This document shows, in pieces, positions 12,399 through 25,072 of a stretch of 64,000 bases of DNA (position 1 is the stretch's first letter; each line of letters begins with the position of its first letter). The notes beneath the pieces were generated by a model. That model was not told the origin of the DNA. It made no database searches and worked only from the letters and a program-made list of their open reading frames with translations. Location of the stretch: positions 5,084,001 to 5,148,000 of the forward strand of contig NC_043010.1 in assembly GCF_006345805.1 (NCBI RefSeq). The letters run 5' to 3'. The DNA comes from Octopus sinensis. Taxonomy: Eukaryota. Made by a program: the position numbers and the translations under genes.

Positions 12399-14108
12399 GA
12401 TATATGTATATATATCTATATATATATATATATAGTGGAAGTGGTTAGGGTGTTGCACTCGTGATTGTAAGTTTGTGATTTCAATTCCTGGACCAGGAAT
12501 TCAACACCATTATGTTCTTGAGTACGTCATTGCACATTACTCCAGTCCACTCAGCTGCCAAAAAATGCACTCCATCCAGTGGGGAATGTATATGCCACAA
12601 AATCTGGCAAACTGGCCTTATAAGCCAATGGCTTGGGAAGCACCTTTGAGAGAGGAAGCTTTTAAGCTAATATATAGTTTTAAAGCAACTGACTCTGAAT
12701 GGGAAGATCTGCAAACAGATCTCTGACTTGCTTTGGACAATTTGTCACAATTGCTTTCTCCAGAGTCATATCCGAATGATGATCATATTTGTTGCCCCCC
12801 CCCCCCAAATGCATCATGAAAAAAATAGTCGGAAACAAGTGCAGTAATGCAAACACGGGTATTGACTTAATCCCTTCCCCCAAAATTTGAAGCCTAGTGC
12901 TTCCAGTAGAAAGGATTTATCAAAGTTGAAAAAGTGTGACACACTGAAACACTACATTTATTATATTAGATATTTTTAAACTCTGGGGAAACTTTATTTC
13001 AATTAAAACGCATTTTATGTGTGTGTGTGTGTGCGTGTGTGTATATGTGCGTTTGTATGTGTGTATGTTTGTGTGTGTATGTGTTTATGTATGTGTGTCT
13101 GTATGTATTAAAGAAAGCAAAAAGTAAAACAAAAACGATAGAGACATGGTTAAACAAAGTTGTACATCATCTCCCTCTTTCTCTCACATACCCACTCTTT
13201 CTCTCTCTCTCTCTCATTATTACTCCCACTGCCACCATCAACACTATGACTTTTAATAAAACATCACCAACTCTTCCTAAATTTCTTTGTCTCTCTCTTT
13301 CTCTCCCTCTCTTTTACTTTCTCTCTCTCTGACTGTCTTCGTAGCCATCCTCACCATCTCTATGCCTACTACTTCTCTCACCCCATCATGAGGAATAGTA
13401 GGAGTGTCATTGAACAATGAGAGAGGGGGTCTTAGTGTGACACACTGACACACAGAAGTTAGTTTTCGCATTTATTATATTAAATACATATATATGCTTG
13501 ACCAATATATATACGAGTATGTGCATGTGTGCCTGATAGGTAACAGGCAAATAAAACTCAACGTATAATATCTTGGAATTGTATCAGTCATAAATAAGAA
13601 GCATAAATTTGAAAAGTGATGCTGCAAGTTTACAAGGAAACAAAACTTCCCTCTTGGACAACATCCAAACAAGAATCAATTAATTACTTCCACAGTAAAA
13701 AAAAAAAGATTTAAAAAATCAATAATGAAATAAAATCAAATCGAATAAGATAAGAAGTTGAGTTGAAGATAAGAAACCAGTTTAATAATAGACTTGGTTA
13801 ATAGTGGATGAACACTAAATTTGAAAATCGTTAGAATGAAGACTATGTTATGAATGAATGGGCATTTGCCTGTCAGCAGTAAAAGTACAACAAAGTTAAT
13901 ACAAAGTGATTCATGATTATTTAGAGATTATTTAGAAATGGAAGTAGCTGTTTAGTTGCAGGTCAGCCTTCATTGAGCAGACTTAAGATCAAAGCCATTC
14001 CAGCTATGATCATCCAGGTGATTGCTATTTTTTTTTTCTTCGTGGATATGGCTGTGTTGTTAAGAAGTTCCTTTCCCAGTCACATGGTCTCAGGTTTGGC
14101 AGTCCTAA

Positions 14109-14502
14109 TCTTTATATATAAAAGTGAGGTTGTGTGCTGTCTGTCTCCTACGATTTAGATTCCTAACTACTCCCACATTTTGCGGTGCAGTTTAACCAAA
14201 ACTGGGTATCTTATAGTCGTGATTCATATCAAGCCCTTTTGGGTATTAGCGCACGTCTACGATGAGTCTACGATTTAAAAAAAATTTACCATCAATTTTG
14301 TCATTTTTAATGAATTTTTTGCATATATAAGGGAAGTAACTCTCTAAAAATTTATTATTAAATCTCAGAATGTAAAAAGCTACAGTAACACCCCCCCTTT
14401 GTGGTTAGCCATATTGAGATGGCTATTATACTTTACATCTCTAAAAATGCTTATATATTTATTTCCCTTACAAACCCGAGCAACGCCGGGCGGTACTGCT
14501 AG
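14109..14502 (+). mobile_element. Non-autonomous Helitron inserted in a degenerate family A SINE
   Basis: A|TC...cccgagcaacgccggg...CTAG|T. Confidence 0.85.
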
Positions 14503-14698
14503 TTAATAATAATATTATGAAATGTCTTCAACTATAGCATTGAGTCAACCAATGGCTTGTGAGTGAATGTATTAAAAGGGAATTGTGTAACGGCCCATGG
14601 CACACACATATATAAGTCTTTTATCTTTTAGTTCTTTCAGACTGTGGCCATGCTGGGGCATCACCTTGAACAATTTTTAATCAAATGAATCGACCCAA

Positions 14699-14732
<34 letters not shown>

Positions 14733-15041
14733 GCTAAGCCTGGTTGTTCAATTAATCTCGTTTGCTGAACCACTAGTTTATGGGGGTGGGGTGAGGTGCC
14801 TAAACAACCAACACTGGTTGTCAAGGTCTGGTGGCAACAAATACAGACACACGCAATGCACACAAACATGCACACACACAGACACAGACACACAGACACA
14901 GACACAGACACAGACACACAGACACACACGATGGGCGTCTTTCAGTCTACCAATTCCACACATAAAGCTTTGGTCTGTCCAAGGTGCCATCAAGTATATA
15001 TATATATATATGTATATATGTGTGTGTTGTGTGTGTGTGTG

Positions 15042-15075
<34 letters not shown>

Positions 15076-15154
15076 ATTATCCGAAACCCACTCTAGTGAC
15101 AGATACACAAGTGCATCTTTTCCCTTACTTATGGCCTCTTAGACGACTCACATG

Positions 15155-15185
<31 letters not shown>

Positions 15186-15488
15186 CACCGTGATCACCGT
15201 GACCGACCAGGCCATCAGATGTTGTTACACATCGCTGGTCACAATGCGCTTTGCATTGTCTTAGCCTTCAACCGACGCCACCCTGCTGGCTAAGCGAGCA
15301 GGCCAACAGAAGAAAGTGGGAGAGGAAGTTGTGGCGAAAGAGTACAGCAGGGTTCGCCACCACCCCCTGCTGGAGCCTCGTGGAGCTTTAGGTGTTTTCG
15401 CTCAATAAACACTCACGACGCCTGGTCTGGGAATCGAAACTGCGATCCTCCGACCGCGAGTCCACTGCCCTAACCATTGCGCCTCCAT
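15186..15488 (-). mobile_element. tRNA-derived SINE (family C, tail type 1) in (TA)n
   Basis: Reverse complement of the 11581-11866 element, with complete head atggaggcgcaatggttaggg. Confidence 0.85.
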
Positions 15489-15512
15489 ATATATATATAT
15501 ATATATATATAG

Positions 15513-15552
<40 letters not shown>

Positions 15553-16419
15553 TTATGTGTGTGTATATATATGTATGTGTGTATATACAGACACACCTCA
15601 ATATGTGTTAGTAATTGCTTCCAAGACATCTGACTTATCTCAAGATTCAATGTAACATGGTAAAAACAGCTAAAAAATTTATTTACTGATATTTGTTTTA
15701 GTAAGTGATTTGTACATATTTTTACAAGTATTTTATTTGACTCTTGCATCTCAGTGTTAAATTTTTTTAGGTGTTTTTTTTTTTCCTAGAATATTTATGC
15801 TTTTAAATGTTCACCAAGACTGTCATAAAGTCAGATAAATCAACTGAAGTTGAAGTTTAATTTTTTTTTTTGCATTAAAAAAAGAACAAAAACATTAAAG
15901 TCAAAAGAGACATAACTTAAAATGACATAAGTTGAGGTGTACCTCCACACTCACACACACACGCACACACATACACACACACATACACACGCACACACAT
16001 ACACACACACATACACACACACACACATACATACATACATACACACACACTCACACACACACACACATACACACACATACACACACACACACATACACAC
16101 ATACACATGTTTATGGTTGGTCATAGAGTGACTGTGAGTGTATGTGTGTGTGTGTGTATGTGTGTGTGTGTGGTCCATATGTGTGTGTATATGTATGTGA
16201 GTGTCTATTTCATTGTGTCTATCACGAAGTCTGTGTCTTTAACATTGCAAATATAAATAACAATGTCTGTAAGGTTCTTAAGATTTAGAAGTTGATATGA
16301 TCAACTACAACCATTTAAGGTGGCGCCCCAGCAAGGCCACTGCCTAGTAACTGAAACAGTGGAGAAATTGAAAGTGTAAAAGATTAGAAGCTTTATACTT
16401 CATCTAATGTTACTATTGT

Positions 16420-16690
16420 TGTTGTTGTTGTTTGTTCCTTCTGGAGTCACGCCTGGCTCATAGGGCCAGTTTCCCGGTTTCCTTGGCGTATAGGTTCCCT
16501 ACCTGGATGGGACGCCAGTCTGTCGCAGGTGAGCTGCAAGATACAGGAGGAAAGAGTGAGAGAAAGTTGTGGTGAAAAAGTCAGCAGAAGTTCATCATTA
16601 CCTTCTGCTGGAGCTGCATGGAGCTTAGGTGTTTCACTCATAAACACACACATCACCTGGTCTGAAATTCAAACTGGTGATCCCTCGACC
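16420..16690 (-). mobile_element. SINE (family C body, tail type 2), 5'-truncated, (CAA)n end
   Basis: Shares aaacacctaagctcca...caactttctctcactctt with family C, then a different tail (cctgcgacagactggcgtcccatccagg...gaaaccggg). Confidence 0.7.
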
Positions 16691-17189
16691 AAACAGGTGC
16701 TCATGAACGACAGATTTTGATAGGTTGAGGCTTTCTGCCAATTCTCGGGTTGTGCAATGTGGGTTATTCTCAATTAATGACTTGATTTGGTCATCATCTG
16801 TAGTGGAGGATCTGCCTGATCACTCTTTATCAATGAGGCTACAATCTCCAGCTCAGAACTTTGTGAACCACTTCCGTAGAGTTCTTTTGGATAAAGAAAC
16901 ATCACAGTAAACTGCGCATATTTCTTTGGTTGCTTGTGAGGTATTTTTCCCTTTATGGAAAAAGAAAAGCCATCAAGTGCTGAAAATAAACTTTCTTATC
17001 TTCCATTTTAAAGGGTTACAGAATTAACACAGGTTATAAGAACATAAACCTTCTTCCATGAAAATATAGCTTAAACTGTTCTCTAAATGGGGGTGTAATC
17101 AAATCCTATTTTGTGGACTTAACCATGTTCTAAAATAAGTTGAAAAGTAAGCTACTATAAATCGGCACAAACTTTCCGGACAACCCAAT
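16690..17189 (-). mobile_element. Mariner transposon 5' fragment (TIR and decayed HTH region)
   Basis: TIR attgggttgtccggaaagtt at 17189. From ATG 17006: MEDKKVYFQHLM..KGKNTSQATKEICAVY...RKWFTKF*AGDCSL..SGR..DDDQIKSLIENNPHCTTRELAESLNLS (stops and a frameshift). Confidence 0.85.
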
Positions 17190-17344
17190 CAAAGAAGAAT
17201 TCTTTCAGAATAATTCAATGGGGGAATTTCATCATGGTCACTTGAGCTGCTGAAATAGCAGTCAACTATATGTTTTATATCTTACCGACTACATTAAAAA
17301 AGGAAAGAAATATCGAATAATGCTACCCTAGTGAATATGAGAAC

Positions 17345-17963
17345 ATGTAGCAAGAGTGGTAAAAATAAAACATCCAGTCAACATGATGGTGTTTGGAGTG
17401 ACCACTAATGATGGTGAAGTTATGCCTCCATTCACCTCAGACTCAACACGGAGGCCTACATCAAGTGCTTGCAGGAGGTAATGCTGCCCTGGGTCAAACA
17501 GGTGGCTGCTGGAAGGACCTATGTCTAGCAAAGAGACTCTGCAACATGCAACACAAGCAGGAGAACCCAGTCATGGCTGTCAGACAATTTCTGCGACCAC
17601 ATCACCCTCAACATCTGGCCCCCTAACTCCACAGACTTCAACCCCATTGACTATTATGTGTGAGGTGCAGTTGAGCAAGTGACCAGCAAAACTCCTTATA
17701 ACACCAAAGAAGAACTGAAGACAAGGATTATGGCAGCTTTCACCAACTTAAACAAGGAGACCATCTAGAAGAGTTGCAAAAGATCACAAAGTCGTCTGGA
17801 GGCCATGGCTGAAGCCAATGGCACTTTTATTGAATAAATTTACTCTTTAGTGTATTTCAAGATATTTTAATGTAATTTTGGTAAATATATCTCTTAAAAT
17901 GAAATGTCAGTGTTATTTTCATTTTTGTGTAACTTAGACACCATTATATTCACTGCACTCTGT
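17345..17963 (+). mobile_element. Tc1/mariner (maT/DD37D-like) transposase remnant, 3' part
   Basis: KHPVNMMVFG..., YV*QRDSA, IWPPNSTDFNPIDYYV*G. Ends ...cactctg|TA. Confidence 0.8.
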
Positions 17964-18014
17964 ATATCTATACACACACACACACACACACACACTATGT
18001 GTGTGTGTATATAC

Positions 18015-18056
<42 letters not shown>

Positions 18057-18202
18057 TGAAATAGAAAGATGAATAATCTTGTTGCAGATTAATCAAAAGT
18101 TTAACTGATACCTTGGTAGCAAAAATCACAGCAGAAGACAGCACGGTTGGAGGTACAACCATATGGTGTTGCAACCGTGCGTTGGTGTGGATAATTGAAT
18201 TT

Positions 18203-18668
18203 TAATATTATTAGTGAATTGAAGAAATGGAGTTGAATGAAGATTGAACAGAAATCGTTTTATTGCATTCTACACGTGTTTCGAAAGGCACAATTTACCA
18301 AATTCCGATTGAATAAGGAGACCATATTGTGTCTTTCTCTTCAGGAAGAAATAGGAAATCCGTTGGAAAAAACAAAAACAGAACAGAGGCGGAGCAAAAC
18401 AAATCGAACAAGGCTCCTAAGAGCCCATGGCCAAACTGTTTATCAAACTCTTAGGAGCCTCGTTCGATTTGTTTTGCTCCGCCTCTGTTCTGTTTTTGTT
18501 TTTTCCAACGGATTTCCTATTTCTTCCTGAAGAGAAAGACACAATATGGTCTCCGTATTCAATCGGAATTTGGTAAATTGTGCCTTTCGAAACACGTGTA
18601 GAATGCAATAAAACGATTTCTGTTCAATCTTCGTTCAACTCCATTTCTTCAATTCACTAATAATATTA
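18203..18668. repeat. Long inverted repeat (221-bp arms, 24-nt loop), Penelope-like pLTR-derived
   Basis: 18203-18423 is the reverse complement of 18448-18668, with 3 mismatches seen by eye. The host element (from ~18052) is flanked by (TA)n. Confidence 0.92.
18524..18603 (+). ncRNA. Type I minimal hammerhead ribozyme (mirror copy on - strand in the left arm)
   Basis: ttc-CTGAAGA-gaaagacacaat(loop)attgtgcctttc-GAAA-cacgtg-TA^gaa. All core nucleotides are present, stem II is 11/12 paired, and stem III is the palindrome ACACGTGT. Confidence 0.75.
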
Positions 18669-18839
18669 TATATATATATATATATGTTTCTTTATTGACC
18701 ACACAGAGGGGACAAAATATAAAGTAGACCTTTTCTTTTTGGGAAGTGAAAAAAAAAGGAGTGGTAGAAATTCAGTCAAAAGTGATCATAGAAAAAATAT
18801 ATATATAAATATTCATATATATATATAGTTATATATATA

Positions 18840-18894
<55 letters not shown>

Positions 18895-18959
18895 AAATAA
18901 AACATATGCATATATATAAACATATATGTACGTACCTACCTCTACATGTACATATACAT

Positions 18960-19262
18960 GCATATATGAGTACAGGACACCAAAAGGACGTCGAACACAA
19001 TGAGAAACGAAAACATAGACACAAACCAAAGGAACTGGACATTTTTTTAAACAACAAAAAAATAGAGTACAGGACAATTAACACAACGAAAAAACCCCTT
19101 CTTCAGTCACTATGGTTTCATCTACTCTACGTTTCGAAGGATAAAAGTAAGATGTATCTTCGATAAGAAACTTTCCTTCCTGCGAAAAGCAAATCAATTA
19201 AAATTCTGAGATCTTTTCGCAGAGGGGTAAAAAATGGTAACAAAAACAGGACAGTAACGACA
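18960..19262 (-). mobile_element. Short Penelope-like element in (TA)n
   Basis: Minus strand has gaagga..tccttc-GAAACGTA and CTGAAGAagggg. End ...ggtgtcctgtactcatata is shared with 52990-53150 (+). Confidence 0.55.
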
Positions 19263-19295
<33 letters not shown>

Positions 19296-20479
19296 GAGCG
19301 CAATGAATAAATTGGTGTTTAAGTTATATATATATATAGATAGAAAGAGATACATACATACATACAACTGATATCTTAGCGATTTTATTGTTTTGAAGTT
19401 GTTTGGAATTATACGTAACACAGCTTTACATCTTAATAAATCATGTTAATTCAATTTACTCGTCTAGCAGACTAAGTGGAGTTGAGTTATGTAATTTACC
19501 TGAAAAGACAATTGTAAAGTGAATGCTAACGAGCTCAATATAATGAACGAAATAATTTTAATAATTAATCAGTGTTTATCTTAAGTGAAAGGCAGTGGAA
19601 TGATGGATGGAATGTCTCTTGGTGTTTGGAATAATGCTCTATGCTTTGAGTTTCAATCGAGGTGGAAGTTAACTTTGCCTTTCATCCTTTTGGTGGTGGT
19701 GGTCAATAAAAAAAACTGCCAGTCCAGGGAAGGGGGTTAAAAGAACTGTTAGAGTATAAGAGGAGATGCCATGCTGTATCTATTCCGACTCAGTGCATTC
19801 TGGGTTCAAATCTTGCCCCATGACTGAAAAAAAATGGTGACACTTCTGTCAGGCATTACAAGCTGACAGATAGCATCAGCAATTTGGAAAATTAATGGAA
19901 ACATGGTTCCTTTGGTTTGATCCGAAGATTGAGCACCACTGCCACCACCACCACCACCACCAACACGACCACTACAACCACCGCAGCTACCACCAGATCC
20001 ACTGCCGTCTCTGCTGTCACTACTACTACCACAACCACCACCATTTGTAATGAACCAGTCATTATCATTATGATTATGATAAATCATTATTCCATTAACT
20101 AATTCTGTTTAAGAAAGATAGAGGATACAACCTTAAAATTTTAATTGCTTCAAATTTATTATAGAATAGGCTTGGCCATGTGGTTAAGAAGCTTTCTTCT
20201 CAAGCATGTGGTCTTAGGTTCAGTCCCACTATGTGGCATCTTGGGCAAGTATCTTCTGTTACAGCCTCATGCTGACCAAAACTTTGTGAGTGGGTTTAGT
20301 AGACTGAAATAGTCATGTGTGAATGTGTGTGTGTATGAATATACATGCATAATACATACATACATACATATTATATATACACACACATATGTATAAATAT
20401 ATATATACATACATATATATTTGTATAAAATTGTTTTGTTTTCCATTTCTTATATAAATATATATATATATATAAACAT

Positions 20480-20690
20480 ATAAAGTTAATCCAAACATGA
20501 AAACACAAAGAGAAAACACAACAACGCATTGACGTGGAACAAAAAAAGTATTATTGGACGCTCAGGAAAGAAGGAAAGAAGGAGGATTTAACGTTTTGAG
20601 CGGAGCTTTTCGTCAGAAACATAGAAAATGGAAATGTCCAAGGAAGGGAAGACGGAGAAAGAAAATCACCAACAATACACATGAGGTCAC
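20480..20690 (-). mobile_element. Short Penelope-like element with degenerate hammerhead-like motif, in (TA)n
   Basis: Minus: ttt-CTGACGA-aaagc(tcc)gctc-AAAAC-GTT-aaa, then ttcctgagcg..taata as in 4636-4818. Confidence 0.55.
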
Positions 20691-20710
20691 ATATATATAT
20701 ATACACACAT

Positions 20711-20741
<31 letters not shown>

Positions 20742-21151
20742 CATACATACACATGTGTGTGTGTGTGTGTGTGTGTATGCATATGTGCACATGTGAGTGT
20801 GTTTTGGGGTTTGTTCCCCACCACTGCTTGACTGTTGGTCTTGTTTTACCTGTCTCCTTGTAACTTAGTAGTTCATCAAAAGTGACCGCTAGAATAAATA
20901 CTTGTCTTAAAAGAATAAATATTGATGTCAATTCGTTCAGCTGAAACCCCTCAAGGTGTTGCCTCAGGATGGATGCAGTCAATTGATTGACATAAGTATA
21001 AGGAAAAAGAAGCAGAACAAAAGAGAAGTGGAATGAGTTTAATCTGTGGTGGTGTGAGGACAACACTTGGCATGTTTTGGTCTTGTTAGTCCTCATCAGT
21101 GAAGCATAGTCTAACAACTACTGCTTAATTTCAGAATAACTAGAAATAATA

Positions 21152-21320
21152 CACAGGAGTGGCTGTGTGGTAAGTAGCTTGTTTGCCAACCACATGGTTC
21201 TAGGTTCAGTCCCACTGCATGGCACCTTGGGCAAGTGTCTTCTACTATAGCCTCGGGCTGACCAATGCCTTGTGAGTGGCTTTGGTAGACAGAAACTGAA
21301 AGAAGCCCGTCGTATATATG

Positions 21321-21353
<33 letters not shown>

Positions 21354-21576
21354 GTGTGTTTGTGTGTCTGTGTTTGTCTCCCTAGCATTGCTTGACAACC
21401 GATGCTGGTGTGTTTATGTCCCCGTTACTTAGCGGTTCGGCAAAAGAGACCGATAGAATAAGTACTGGGCTCACAAAAGAATAAGTCCCGGGGTCGAGTT
21501 GCTCGATTAAAGGCGGTGCTCCAGCATGGCCGCAGTCAAATGACTGAAACAAATAAAAGAGAGAGAGTAAAAGAGT
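21152..21576 (+). mobile_element. tRNA-derived SINE (family A)
   Basis: Full-length copy. Confidence 0.88.
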
Positions 21577-22095
21577 AATTTTCATGAGATAGCACTGAGT
21601 TGTGTGAAAACACTGTTCATTGATTGTATTAGAATTTGTGGATATTTCCTTCTTGTTACTCTCCTTAATCTATGGTGCCATAGTCTATGCGAGAAATTAT
21701 GAAATAGTAAAAAAACATAAGGCATTCTAATAAATTGATTGCGCAGCCTCTAATATGTGTCATGGCAAACGTAGGATTATTACATAGAAGGAAGTAAATT
21801 ACAGGTTAGAAAGTTAAAGGTATACATAACGTGTGATTCGAGAATTGTGGAAACATGTGCAGTCATAACTTTAGTTGCAGATTTCTTCCCATCTTCATCT
21901 TCCTGATGTCTAACAGCAAGACGGAACTACAAAAGAATTGCAATAACTCTCCTAGCGGAATTCTCACAGCTTCAACACGAATTTGCTAACACACCATGAG
22001 CACTTTTACACATTACATAGTCGTCCTAATTCAGATGAGGAATTCATTACAAAAAAAAAAGAAGCAAGAAAGCTGAAAATACAAAATCATATGTG

Positions 22096-22155
<60 letters not shown>

Positions 22156-22263
22156 ACACATATATGTATATACATATACGTATACATATACATATATATA
22201 TATATTATAATATACATATATATATATATACATATACGTATACATATACATATATATATATAT

Positions 22264-22303
<40 letters not shown>

Positions 22304-23439
22304 CACACACACATATATATAGAGATGTGTAAGTGTATATATATATATATAGGAACACACATACAGATAAGAAAAATATAAGTAAAAGAAATCCTTGCTA
22401 TTTGAAAGTCAAATCAGTTTTCCTTACAATCCCCTGCTGATTAAATATAATTAACTAAAGGACACCTGTATTGTTTTTAAGGTTGAACAAGAGAGACTGT
22501 ATCATGTTAGCAAATGTTATTTGAGAGATATTTTTATTTAATTATTTGCGAGTTTCGACTTTGATGTAAGTGCATCCAGTTAAGTAAGTGATAAATTGAA
22601 AAAAAGATTTCTTTGAAGTTTAAAAAGATTATCATTTAAAATTCAGGAAACAATTGAGTGTAAGTAAAACTTTCAGAGCAGAAAGTATTGTCTTCTTGTT
22701 AACAACACTTTGTTGGTTTTCTTTTCAAAAGATTACTCATAAAATGATTTAGCAATAATTTCATTTGCATAAAACTATCAATATTCAAAAGAGCAGTGCA
22801 AAAAAACACAGTAATTTATAAACTGTGCATGAAAAAGATTTTCTTTCTCTTCTTCTGTGTTTCTCTTTCACAAGATGTAAGCCATGGAAAAGTGGTAGTT
22901 AAAAATAATCAATATATAATGTACATTAAGAGAAGTGGTAGGAAAGGGTTCAACCTCTCCAAGAACTTTGTACAGAAGATGGAATGATTAAAATTACTTT
23001 CTTTTTCCTATACAAATAAAATGAAATTTGAAAATGTTAAAAATAGTTCTAAAAGAAAAGAATATACAGAGAGGCTTCCCTTATATCATGGGAATATTCT
23101 ATTTAAAATCTATTAAACAACTTATCGAACAAGAAAGAATTGAACACACGTAACAAGAATGGATGAATTTACAGTATAAAAAAACTGTAATTTCTCCTGA
23201 AAGGTAATATGATAATGTCATGCTTTCATGATCACTGGAATTGTATGAAAAAGAAAAATAATAAAAAATTAACAACTTTACAGAGGTAAGGAGGAAGCAG
23301 ATGAAATTTTAAACAAATACATCTGAATAATTAATTGTTTGATTTATCTCTTAAGAACAAAGTCTTTTATGTAAGATGATATTGAAGAAGTCTTGTAACT
23401 ATTGTTCAATATACTGCTTAGATAAGATAAGTTCAGATA

Positions 23440-24005
23440 TGTGCTAGACTGGGGAACTGCTGATGCTTTCTTCATAGGGAGACAGCTGTAAGGAAAGTTC
23501 TTAGTAATGAGTAAGCCTCTGTACTTAACTTTTGTTGATCTGGAGAAGGCCTTTGATAGAGTTCTATGATCTATAAATTAGGATTAAATTAATAGTTTTT
23601 GAGAGCAATGCATGTCATCAACAGAGATGTAGTTAACACAGTAAGGGTTGGCAGTGCAAGTAAGTGTCCCTTAACCCTTTCGTTACCAACCCGGCTGAAA
23701 CCGGCTCTGGCTCTGTAATACAAATGTCTTGTTTTCATAAGTTTTGAATTAAAATCTTCCACCAAACCTTAGTCACAATTTATGTTCCTAACACTAGCTG
23801 AATGATAACTAAGTTATTTTACTAAATTCTTTGTTATATTTAATGTAATTGAAAGAAACACAGAGCATCTCAAAATAAATACAGTAACGAAAGGGTTAAG
23901 GCTTGGTTCCTAGACTGCTCCTATGTATTCTAGTTCTCCAAGCCATGGCAGAGAAGTTTAAGATTGCTTGCCCCTGGGAACTCCTATATGCTGATGATGT
24001 GGGCT
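23440..24005 (+). mobile_element. RTE-clade LINE reverse transcriptase remnant, split by a piggyBac MITE
   Basis: GTADAFFIGRQL*GKF...LYLTFVDLEKAFDRV before the MITE; LVLQAMAEKFKIACPWELLYADD after it. Confidence 0.85.
23675..23895. mobile_element. piggyBac-type MITE
   Basis: TTAA|CCCTTTCGTTAC ... GTAACGAAAGGG|TTAA. Confidence 0.9.
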
Positions 24006-24799
24006 TTAACAGCAGACACTCGGAAGAAATAGCCTTTGCAGATGGATTATTCTGGTTGACAGAGAAAAATACACACAAGTACCTTTTAAATGTCTAATGG
24101 AAAATCATAGGTATATGCCAAATAAAATATCATGTTCAATAAATAAATTTTGGCACAAGGCCAGCAGGTTTGGTGGATGGGTGAAGTTGATTACATCGAG
24201 TTCAATGCTTAACCAGAACTTATTTTATCAATCCCAAGAGGATGAAAGACAAAGTCAACCTTGCCAGAATTTGAACCCAGAATGTTAAGACAAACGAAAT
24301 GCCGCTAAGCATTTTGGCCAGTACACTAACAATTCTGCCAGCTCACTGCCTTTCAGTAAATAGATATTGATAAGGTCATAGGAATTCTTTGAAAAATGGT
24401 TCTTTATTTCATGACTTACATGTAATATCTTCTACAAAAAGCAGTCAGTCCTTGGTATATAATATTTCAAAATAATTTTGTCTTGAATACTGATTTAGTT
24501 CCAGTTATAATTAATGGGGTGCTTTATAAGAATATAAATTGACCAAAAACTTACCTAGCATTTTATTTGATCAAATCCAAAAGAACGAGAGATTAGATTA
24601 TCCCCAGTAGGATTTAACTCTTCACCATTTAAATTGTTCTGTTGAATTTAATCCTTATTTATTCAAATTGTTTTGCATTATCTTATGACATTGAGATTTC
24701 AATGCTATGATTATTTATTTTTAGAATGATAATGTAGAGTGGGTGTAAGAAACTGGATCTAGCCAGTTTGAACCAAAAACAGATAGAATATTTCAGCCG

Positions 24800-25072
24800 C
24801 TGCCTTGGCTGGCTTCCGTGCCGGTGGCACATTAAAAGCTCCAACTGATCGTGGCTGATGCCGGACCCCCCTGGCACCTGTGCAGGTGGCACGTAAAAAG
24901 CACCCACTACACTCGCGGAGTGGTTGGCGTTAGGAAGGGCATCCAGCTGTAGAGACTCTGCCAGATCAGACTGGAGCCTGGTGCAGCCTTCTGGCTTCCC
25001 AGATCCCCAGTCGAACCGTCCAACCCATGCTAGCATGGAGAACGGATGTTAAACGATGATGATGATGATGAT
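24800..25072 (+). mobile_element. SINE/RTE-tail element (family D) ending in (GAT)n
   Basis: Repeated ggtggcacgtaaaaagc units, then gttggcgttaggaagggcatccagctgtag...ccaacccatgctagcatgga...gttaaacgatgatg. Copies at ~37130, 53845(-), 54950, 59268(-), 60995(-). Confidence 0.8.

Noticed and set aside
19917-20102. Thr/Gly-rich ORFs
   Set aside because: Degenerate (ACC)n trinucleotide repeat.
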